From Candidatus Daviesbacteria bacterium (GTDB lineage: Bacteria; Patescibacteriota; Microgenomatia; Daviesbacterales; UBA10151): a DNA stretch of 64,000 nucleotides. The notes beneath the pieces are model-generated. The model made no database searches and was not told the DNA's origin. It worked only from the letters and a program-made list of their open reading frames with translations. The position numbers and the translations under genes are program-made. How positions within the stretch are numbered: the stretch's first letter is position 1; each line of letters begins with the position of its first letter. The stretch spans positions 258,477 to 322,476 of the forward strand of contig JACOXI010000003.1 of assembly GCA_016176335.1 (NCBI GenBank), read 5' to 3'. Below are positions 56,675-64,000 of the stretch, one piece after another.

Positions 56675-58905
56675 TTGAAAAAAATATGTATATTTGTCCA
56701 ATGCATCCTGATGTTATATCCGAAAGAGCAGGTAAATGTCCCAAGTGTGGTGGCATGGATTTAGTGGAGAAGAAAGAGGAACATGGTATAAGTCACGATA
56801 TGCACGAAGTTGATCAGCCCCAAAGAGCCGGTATGTATTACAGCTGTCCTATGGATCCGGAGGTGATTTCCAAAAAGCCTGGTAATTGTCCCAAATGCGG
56901 CATGGAGCTTATGCCAATAACAAAAGAACATGGGGGTTTGGATCATGCAAATATGGAAGAGGGTTTCAAGCGAAGATTTTTTGTCACCTTACCTCTGGTA
57001 TTTATTATTGTAGTGCTTGCCCCAAAGATTCAGGAATGGTTCAGGTTTAGCCTCACATTCCCGGGAATGGAAATTGTGACCTTTGCCTTAACCTCGGTAA
57101 TAGTTTTCTACTCTGGTTTGCCTTTTTATCAGATGGCCCTTGGTGAAATTAAAGCCAAAAAGTACGGCATGATGACTTTGGTTTCATTGGCTGTTTTATC
57201 AGGGTATTTTTTCTCTGTTGCCGCAACTTTCCTTTTTCCGGGAGAAAATCTTTACTGGGAAATTGCCACATTGGTTTTGGCATTTTTGCTGGGTCACTGG
57301 ATAGAAATGAGAGCTGTTCGGGGCGCAACAGGGGCACTGGCTGAATTGGCCAGACTTATTCCTCCCACGGCCCATAAGATAGTGATAAGTGGCAAGAGAA
57401 AAGTAATTAGTGATGTGGGAACAGGACAATTAAAAAAGGGCGATCTGATTCTGGTTCGTCCAGGAGAAAAAATGCCCATTGATGGGGTGGTTTGGGAAGG
57501 AGAATCTGCTGTAAATGAGTCAATGGTGACAGGAGAGTCTGTTCCTGTAGAAAAGAAAAAAGGGTCAGAAGTGATAGGCGGGACGATCAACAGTGACGGT
57601 TCTCTGACAGTTAAGGTCACAAAAACCGGGGAGGAAACAGCCATCTCCCAGATGATGGAGCTGATTCGGCAGGCACAAGAGAGTAAACCTGATGTACAAA
57701 AAATGGCTGATCAAGCAGCCAGCTGGTTAACATTTACTGCCCTGACAGTAGGTATAGGCACCTTTTTGTTTTGGTTTTTTGGATCAAACCAGGGGGCTAT
57801 TTTTGCCGGAACTTTGGCGATTTCCGTAATTGTTATTGCCTGTCCTCATGCTCTGGGTCTGGCTATCCCGACTGTCACCACTATCACTACGGCTTTGGCT
57901 GCCAAAAACGGAATTTTAATCAAAGACATGAGGGCTTTGGAGATTGCCAGAAAACTTAACTGGGTGGTTTTGGATAAAACAGGAACGTTAACAGAGGGGA
58001 AATTTGGAGTGTCTGATGTGGCAACATTTGGGAAAATATCGTCTGTGGAGATTATTAACTTGGCAACTGCTTTGGAGTTTCATTCTCAACATCCGATTGC
58101 CCAGGGTATTGTGGAGGAGGCCAAAAAAAGGAGAATGAATATACAACCTGCCAAAAATTTTAAATCTATTCCCGGCAAAGGAGCAGAAGGTTTGGTAGAT
58201 GGAAAAAAAGTGGTAGTGGGGAATCAGGCACTGATGGAAGATTTAAGAATTAAGAATATAGAATCAAGAATTAAGGGATTTAAACAGGAAGGGAAAACTT
58301 TTATTTTTGTGGCCATAAATAACAGATTAGTTGGGGCAATTGGGCTGGAAGATGTCATAAGGCCACAGTCAAAAGAAGCAATAGATGCTTTTAGGGAAAT
58401 GGGCATTAAAACAGCCATGCTGACCGGTGATCATGAAACTGTTGCAAAAATGGTGGCTGAAAGATTGGGTATAGATACTTTTTTTGCCCAGGTTCTACCC
58501 GGGGATAAGGTTAGCAAAATCAAGCAGTTGCAAGAAGGGGGCAATGTGGTGGCGATGGTGGGGGATGGGATTAATGATGCGGCCTCTTTAACCCAGGCTC
58601 ATATTGGTATTGCCATTGGGGCAGGCACGGGAGTGGCCATTGAGTCTGCAGAAATAGTGCTGATGAAAAATGACCCCAGGGATGTAGTTAAAGCTATAAA
58701 ACTTTCTCAAAAAACCAACATTAAGATGGTGCAAAATCTTGCTTGGGCAGCAGGTTACAATATCATTACCATCCCCATGGCAGCCGGTATTTTTTATAAC
58801 CTGGGAATTCTGCTGCGCCCTGAATGGGCAGCGCTTTTGATGAGTGCCTCATCTGTGATCGTGGTTTTCAATGCCTTGCTTTTAAAAAAGGAACGTCTTG
58901 ACTGA
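56671..58905 (+). CDS. P1B-type copper-exporting ATPase (CPH type)
   Basis: Two CPM(H/D)P..CPKCG domains, TGES, ACPHALGLA, DKTGTLT, SQHP, GDGINDA, YN, MSASS. Confidence 0.95.
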   Translation: MIEKNMYICPMHPDVISERAGKCPKCGGMDLVEKKEEHGISHDMHEVDQPQRAGMYYSCPMDPEVISKKPGNCPKCGMELMPITKEHGGLDHANMEEGFKRRFFVTLPLVFIIVVLAPKIQEWFRFSLTFPGMEIVTFALTSVIVFYSGLPFYQMALGEIKAKKYGMMTLVSLAVLSGYFFSVAATFLFPGENLYWEIATLVLAFLLGHWIEMRAVRGATGALAELARLIPPTAHKIVISGKRKVISDVGTGQLKKGDLILVRPGEKMPIDGVVWEGESAVNESMVTGESVPVEKKKGSEVIGGTINSDGSLTVKVTKTGEETAISQMMELIRQAQESKPDVQKMADQAASWLTFTALTVGIGTFLFWFFGSNQGAIFAGTLAISVIVIACPHALGLAIPTVTTITTALAAKNGILIKDMRALEIARKLNWVVLDKTGTLTEGKFGVSDVATFGKISSVEIINLATALEFHSQHPIAQGIVEEAKKRRMNIQPAKNFKSIPGKGAEGLVDGKKVVVGNQALMEDLRIKNIESRIKGFKQEGKTFIFVAINNRLVGAIGLEDVIRPQSKEAIDAFREMGIKTAMLTGDHETVAKMVAERLGIDTFFAQVLPGDKVSKIKQLQEGGNVVAMVGDGINDAASLTQAHIGIAIGAGTGVAIESAEIVLMKNDPRDVVKAIKLSQKTNIKMVQNLAWAAGYNIITIPMAAGIFYNLGILLRPEWAALLMSASSVIVVFNALLLKKERLD

Positions 58906-58950
58906 AGATCATTGACAAAAGTAAAATAAATTCCTATCATTTGTATAGAT

Positions 58951-59274
58951 ATGCAAATGAAGAAAAAAGAAACTCTCCAAAATGAACTTCAAGATAACGC
59001 CAAAATTGAGGCGTGTGCTGAAAAATTTGGCACTACAGGCGACCGAACCCGAATGAGGATTTGCTACCTTCTTTGTCACCATCCAGAGTTAACAGTTTCT
59101 GAAATAGCTGAAATTATTAGTTCTCCAATCTCGACTGTGTCTCACAGCCTAAAGAAGCTAAAAGAAATACAGGTAGTTGACCACCGAAGACAAGCAAAGC
59201 AAGTTTTATATTCTTTAAGTAAAAACAAATTTGTTTCAGTCATTAAAAGTCAATTATTAGGAAACAATGAATAA
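58951..59274 (+). CDS. ArsR/SmtB family regulator
   Basis: GDRTRMRI...LTVSEIAE....STVSHSLKKL...Y.L; own TTGACA...TATCAT promoter. Confidence 0.88.
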   Translation: MQMKKKETLQNELQDNAKIEACAEKFGTTGDRTRMRICYLLCHHPELTVSEIAEIISSPISTVSHSLKKLKEIQVVDHRRQAKQVLYSLSKNKFVSVIKSQLLGNNE

Positions 59275-59875
59275 AAAGATACTTGTATTAGCACTAATTA
59301 TAACGGCCTTTGTTGCAGGTTATTTTTATTTTTTCTCATCCAAGCCGCTATTTAATTTTTCTCCCAAGGAGTTTCAACAGGAAACAAAAGGGTTGGTTAA
59401 CGAAGCATTAGCTGTAAAATTTGATTACCTTTCCAAGAATGGTAATTCTTCTTGTTCGGGAGCATTCCGAGACTCTATCGCTTCAATGCCAGACAATGCT
59501 CGTTTACAAGGTTCTTGCTGCAGCCCCATGAGTATGCACCGCTACAGCGAGCAAGTTGAAGGGCTAAAAAAGTATCAACAAATCTTGGAAATCCCTCCTG
59601 ATCCTTATGATATTGAGGCAAAGCTGGCTAAAAAGTTAATGGCAGATTATGACAATATTCAGTTAACTGCAGAAGAACAGAAAGCTTACGATTTTGCCAT
59701 GCAAAATTCTGATGAGAAAGGCCCTTGTTGCTGTAAGTGCTGGAGATGGAATGTTTACGGAGGATTAGGAAAGTATTTGATTAAGAATTACAAATTTACT
59801 GGACAGCAGGTTACCCAAGTGTGGAATTTATCTGATGGATGCGGTGGTGATAATGACCATCATCACAGTTCATAA
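59267..59875 (+). CDS. Cys/His-rich exported hypothetical protein
   Basis: Signal/TM; NSSCS, GSCCSPM, GPCCCKCWRW, DGCGGDNDHHH. Confidence 0.8.
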   Translation: MNKKILVLALIITAFVAGYFYFFSSKPLFNFSPKEFQQETKGLVNEALAVKFDYLSKNGNSSCSGAFRDSIASMPDNARLQGSCCSPMSMHRYSEQVEGLKKYQQILEIPPDPYDIEAKLAKKLMADYDNIQLTAEEQKAYDFAMQNSDEKGPCCCKCWRWNVYGGLGKYLIKNYKFTGQQVTQVWNLSDGCGGDNDHHHSS

Positions 59876-59877
59876 GT

Positions 59878-61326
59878 ATGAAGAAACGAGCAATTAAAAA
59901 ACTTAAAACTAAATTTCTTACAGCAGCGTTCTATGGCTCCATCGGCTTAACAGCCTCACTTGCTCTATTTCTTGTCTTTTATTGGAGTTTGAGCCTAAAT
60001 TCAAGTATTTACAGCCTTATCAACAATACGAAAGGCGAACCTATTTATCTTTGGGTCTATGTGTTTCTTACTTTCGGCACCATTTTCTTGTTTGGTGTTA
60101 ACGCTGTACTTTTTGTTTATCGGTGGAGGAAGTTCGGGCCTCCTAGACTTAAAGGTCAAGGCGGAAGCGGTTTGGGAGCTTTGGTAGGAGTGGCGGCTTC
60201 AGCTTGTCCGGTCTGCGGTTCTGTTCTTTTATCTGCCATTGGTATTGCCGGAGGATTGGCAGTTTTCCCGCTTCAAGGTTTGGAACTGAAAGCGCTCTCT
60301 TTTGGACTAATGGCGCTCCCTGTTTGGTTAACAACCAGAGAGTTAAAATCTTTAAGTTGCGGTGATGAAACTTGCCCGACTCCTCGTCCTACTTGGTTTC
60401 AGGCAAAAGACAAGCCTTATCTTATAGCCTCTTTAGCATTAGTTACTGTTTTGATACTTATTGGCTGGAATATGCTCAAATCAGACCCGATAGTTTATGG
60501 TTTTTTCAATAAACCAGAGGCAACAAAGGTTTCTTCAACAATCAATCCATTGTATGACGAAGTAGTGGCTAAAGTTTTGCCCTCCCAAGGTTTTCAAAGC
60601 AAAATTTTCTTAGGAGATAGCTTCTTAAAATTGGTACAAAATGGTGTTATTGACCAGAGTAAGTTTGAAGCAATTTATCAAGAACGCGGAGGATTGTCAG
60701 CCCAGTTTAAAGAAGTCTTAAGTGAGCCTTCATACAAACCAATTCTTCTCACCCGCGAAAATGCCAACATCTACGTCAATCTTCTCTGGGCATTAGGACT
60801 TTCCAACTATATGTCAACAAATAAAGATAGCCCTGTTAACGGCAAATCTCTTTTTAACTTTGCTTCAACTGGAGGCTGGAATATAGGGAAGGAAGAAAAT
60901 GGGGGAGCGTACTTCAATAAATTCAGAATAGTTAGGCTGACACCCGAGCAAGAGGCTCTAGTCACTCAAATTGCCAAAGCAACCTTCCGTCCCTGTTGCA
61001 ATAACTCTACCTTTTTCCAAGATTGTAACCATGGTTCTGCTCTTTTAGGGCTTCTCCAACTCGGAGCTTCACAAGGACTCACTGAAGATGAGTTGTACAA
61101 AGAGGCTCTCGCTTTCAATTCCTTTTGGTTCCCGCAAAATTATATTCAAACAGCCTTATATTTTAAGGTAGTTAAAAACACAGATTGGGACAAAGTTGAC
61201 CCAAAAGTAGCGTTGGGAGCTAATTACTCAACTGGCAATGGATGGAGCAAGAATGTGCAAACAGAGATTGCTAAAATACCAAACCTTATCCCCCAAACAA
61301 ACGGTGGAGCAGGATGTGGGGTATAA
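59878..61326 (+). CDS. Membrane CxxC domain fused to an RPCC...DCNHG domain
   Basis: N-terminal TMs with SACPVCG and CGDETCP; C-terminal domain paralogous to 54450-55397. Confidence 0.8.
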   Translation: MKKRAIKKLKTKFLTAAFYGSIGLTASLALFLVFYWSLSLNSSIYSLINNTKGEPIYLWVYVFLTFGTIFLFGVNAVLFVYRWRKFGPPRLKGQGGSGLGALVGVAASACPVCGSVLLSAIGIAGGLAVFPLQGLELKALSFGLMALPVWLTTRELKSLSCGDETCPTPRPTWFQAKDKPYLIASLALVTVLILIGWNMLKSDPIVYGFFNKPEATKVSSTINPLYDEVVAKVLPSQGFQSKIFLGDSFLKLVQNGVIDQSKFEAIYQERGGLSAQFKEVLSEPSYKPILLTRENANIYVNLLWALGLSNYMSTNKDSPVNGKSLFNFASTGGWNIGKEENGGAYFNKFRIVRLTPEQEALVTQIAKATFRPCCNNSTFFQDCNHGSALLGLLQLGASQGLTEDELYKEALAFNSFWFPQNYIQTALYFKVVKNTDWDKVDPKVALGANYSTGNGWSKNVQTEIAKIPNLIPQTNGGAGCGV

Positions 61327-61372
61327 ATACTAAAGGAGGTGATAAATTATGTGTCCAGATTGCAACTAGATT

Positions 61373-62809
61373 ATGAGTGCAAATATGTTTGATTTAATTA
61401 TTATTGGTGGTGGAGCAGGCGCTTTTGCTGCTGCCATTAAGGCTAATGAACTCGGAGCAAAAACTTTATTAGTTAACAAAGGACTGCCTCTTGGTGGGAC
61501 CTGTGTTAATGTTGGTTGTGTTCCATCTAAAACTCTCCTTTGGGCCGGCGAGGTGATGCATCTTGCCAGAAACCACAAGATTCCGGGAATAGATATAGAG
61601 GTTAAAAGGTTTGATTTTGCCCAAATTGTCCAACACGAGCTTGATTTAGTAGAAAAGTTAAGAGCTGAAAAATATGAAAAAATTTTAAATGGTTTAGAGA
61701 GTGTTACTTATCTAGAAGGACAAGCGACTTTTGTTTCTCCTTATGAGATCGAAGTTAATCCTTCGACAGAGCTCAGGACAGGTGGTCAAAAGTATCAGGC
61801 TAAGAAATTCATTATCGCTGCTGGATCAACTGCAACAGTACCACCAATTGATGGGATTAAGGAAGTAGGATACTTAACTCACATTGAGGCTCTACAGATT
61901 AAACAGCAACCAAAGAAACTAATCGTAGTAGGTGCTGGTCCTTTAGGACTGGAGTTTGCCCAAATGTTTGCCAGGTTTGGTACTAAAGTAACAATATTAC
62001 ATAGAGGACAATCCATTTTCCGTGGTGAAGAAGAATTAACAACTAGACTTGCTGAAATACTCACTGAAGAAGGAATAACTATTAAAACTAATGTCCAAAT
62101 AAAAAGTGTCAGAAAAGATGGAGAGAAAAAGGTTTTAGTATACAAAGAAGCAGACTTGTCCGCCGAAGCCTTGGTAAAGGCGGATGAAATACTACTAGCT
62201 GCAGGTAAAACTCCCAATACCCAAGGAATGGGTCTTGATAAAGCTGAAGTTGGGATGGATGAGAAACAAACGATTAAAGTCAACTCCTACTTTCAAACTT
62301 CTCAATCGCATATTTATGCTATAGGTGATGTGACGGATAGCCCGCTAAGACTTGAGCCAACTGCAGGGAGGGAGGGTACACTAGCTTCAGAAAACGCCTT
62401 AAATAATGCCAAAAATAACATTGACTATAATACTGTGCCCTGGACTATCTTCACTGATCCGCAACTTGCAGGAGTAGGACTTACAGAAGAGCAGGAGATG
62501 GAGCAAATAGGAAGATGTTTATGTCGGACTGTTTCTTTTGCCAACGTACCTAAAGCCATAATAATGAATCGTACGGAAGGTTTAATCAAGATGGTTGTCC
62601 ACCCGGATACAAAAGTGATCCTGGGCGTTCATATACTGGCTCCAAATGCAGGAGAGTTAATTGCTCAAGCAATGGTACTTGTCAAGAACAAAAATACCAT
62701 TGATGATGTTATCAATTCTTTACCAATGTTTCCAACTCTTTCAGAAAGTATAAAAACCGTTGCGTTGTCTTTTACTAGAGATATAAGTAAACTAAGTTGT
62801 TGTATATAA
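61373..62809 (+). CDS. merA: Mercuric reductase (no N-terminal NmerA domain)
   Basis: GGTCVNVGCVPSK redox disulfide; C-terminal vicinal KLSCCI; FPTLSE. Confidence 0.88.
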   Translation: MSANMFDLIIIGGGAGAFAAAIKANELGAKTLLVNKGLPLGGTCVNVGCVPSKTLLWAGEVMHLARNHKIPGIDIEVKRFDFAQIVQHELDLVEKLRAEKYEKILNGLESVTYLEGQATFVSPYEIEVNPSTELRTGGQKYQAKKFIIAAGSTATVPPIDGIKEVGYLTHIEALQIKQQPKKLIVVGAGPLGLEFAQMFARFGTKVTILHRGQSIFRGEEELTTRLAEILTEEGITIKTNVQIKSVRKDGEKKVLVYKEADLSAEALVKADEILLAAGKTPNTQGMGLDKAEVGMDEKQTIKVNSYFQTSQSHIYAIGDVTDSPLRLEPTAGREGTLASENALNNAKNNIDYNTVPWTIFTDPQLAGVGLTEEQEMEQIGRCLCRTVSFANVPKAIIMNRTEGLIKMVVHPDTKVILGVHILAPNAGELIAQAMVLVKNKNTIDDVINSLPMFPTLSESIKTVALSFTRDISKLSCCI

Positions 62810-62810
62810 A

Positions 62811-63848
62811 ATGGATCTTTGGTTAATTTTCCTGACCGGTTTAACTGTAGGGGGGTTGACCTGTATGGTAGTACAGGGGGGGCTTTTGGCCGGGGTTTTG
62901 GCGGCAAAAGAAGAAGAGGATTTTACAGAAGGCAGTCAAAGAAAACACAACGTACTACCGGTTTTGGCATTTTTGATAGCTAAACTTATTGCGTATGTAA
63001 CTTTAGGTTTTATACTGGGTACTTTTGGTTCAACGCTGGCCATTTCCGATAATACCCGGATTGTCATGCAACTTATTGCAGGGGCGTATATGATAGCCAT
63101 AGCTTTGGATCTTTTGAATGTTCACCCGATTTTTAGATATGTTGTGATCCAGCCTCCTAAATTTTTAACCAGAATGATTAAGGATACCTCGAAAAGCCGC
63201 GATTTATTTGCCCCGGCAATTTTAGGATTTTTGACTGTTTTTATCCCCTGCGGTACTACTTTGGCCATGGAAGTTTTTGCCATATCTTCCGGCAGCGCAA
63301 TTTGGGGGGCTTTGATTATGGGTACATTTACTTTGGGAACCTCACCTTTGTTTTTGGGATTGGGGTTTATTACAACTGTGTTGGGTGATACTTTCAGGAC
63401 GCGATTTTTCAAGTTGGCCGGGGTTTTGGTTGCGTACCTTGGGATCACTACCTTCAATGGAGCGCTGGTTTTGGCTGGATCGCCAATTACTTTGCAAACA
63501 ATCAGAGATATGATCCCCATTCAAATTGATCTTTCCGGTGGAGCGCAGGCAGCTTCAGATTCTAATGTGCAAGTTTTGGCAGGAGTACAAACTGCAAACA
63601 TTTTGGTTTACCCGACAGGTTATAGCCCAAACTACATACAGATTAGATCAGGAATTCCCGTGAGGTTTAATTTGGCTACAACCGGGGGTTTTGGTTGTAC
63701 ATCCCAGTTTCGGATTCCCCAACTTGGGCTTAGCAAAAATTTAACTCAAAATAGTATAACTTCTGTAGAGTTTACGCCGCAGACTAAAGGTAAGATTGTC
63801 TGGACTTGCTCAATGGGTATGTATTCGGGAATAATGAAGGTGATATGA
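62811..63848 (+). CDS. DsbD_2/TauE-like membrane protein fused to a cupredoxin-like domain
   Basis: GGLTCMVVQGG, FIPCG; C-terminal GYSPNYI...GCT...WTCSMGMYSG. Confidence 0.85.
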   Translation: MDLWLIFLTGLTVGGLTCMVVQGGLLAGVLAAKEEEDFTEGSQRKHNVLPVLAFLIAKLIAYVTLGFILGTFGSTLAISDNTRIVMQLIAGAYMIAIALDLLNVHPIFRYVVIQPPKFLTRMIKDTSKSRDLFAPAILGFLTVFIPCGTTLAMEVFAISSGSAIWGALIMGTFTLGTSPLFLGLGFITTVLGDTFRTRFFKLAGVLVAYLGITTFNGALVLAGSPITLQTIRDMIPIQIDLSGGAQAASDSNVQVLAGVQTANILVYPTGYSPNYIQIRSGIPVRFNLATTGGFGCTSQFRIPQLGLSKNLTQNSITSVEFTPQTKGKIVWTCSMGMYSGIMKVI

Positions 63849-63915
63849 GCGAAGCGAGTATCATCCCTTCGGGTCTGAGCCTCAGGGTCGAAGACCTGAG
63901 CGTAGTCGAAGGATC
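63847..63915. repeat. Nested REP-like palindrome cluster
   Basis: GAGCGAAGCGA...CCCTTCGGGTCTGAGCCTCAGGGTCGAAGACCTGAGCGTAGTCGAAGGATC. Confidence 0.8.
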
Positions 63916-63921
63916 TATTTG

Positions 63922-64000
63922 ATGGTTAAGAAGAAATTAAAAATTCAGGATATACACTGTTCGTCTTGTTCTCTGGTAATTGATATGGATTTGGAGGATT
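63922..64000 (+). CDS. HMA (CopZ/MerP-like) metal-binding protein, 3' truncated by window
   Basis: MVKKKLKIQDIHCSSCSLVIDMDLED. Confidence 0.8.
   Translation, partial: MVKKKLKIQDIHCSSCSLVIDMDLED

Noticed and set aside
104-63524. Numerous 60-175 aa ORFs antisense to or out of frame with recognised genes
   Set aside because: Shadow ORFs with no motifs or initiation signals.
1-64000. Alternative genetic code (TGA=Gly, as in Gracilibacteria/Absconditabacteria)
   Set aside because: Conserved genes (rpsE, infA, recA, hup) end at TGA at their expected lengths.

Overview
AT-rich, gene-dense bacterial chromosome segment using the standard code (TGA is a stop). It looks like a Patescibacteria/CPR genome, probably Microgenomates-like; this is an inference from the missing rpmD between rpsE and rplO, the archaeal-type AspRS, the split transketolase and many -10-only, apparently leaderless starts. 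Contents: end of the spc/alpha/S9 ribosomal cluster; pgm/pmm; SAM-I/IV riboswitch-metK; tRNA-Pro, recA-recX-rny, HU; GT-C glycosyltransferases; miaA; RNase P RNA; comM; secD/secF; cca; recJ; an aromatic-amino-acid/orphan island; aspS, a DD-carboxypeptidase, gltX; tRNA-Gln followed by a GIY-YIG/DUF4365-like island; an FMN-riboswitch rib operon; pentose-phosphate genes; and a roughly 10-kb CsoR/ArsR copper-mercury island. Main hunt results: (1) a family of short, nested, imperfect palindromes clustered upstream of a lone GIY-YIG gene and also inserted in frame in recX, miaA, cca, aspS and merA and inside the FMN riboswitch and RNase P RNA; (2) two leader-peptide attenuators missed by the ORF track, one Leu/Ile/Val-rich and one Phe-rich, upstream of orphan genes; (3) three Cys-rich 'PCC' proteins and an MCPDCN micro-ORF in the metal island.
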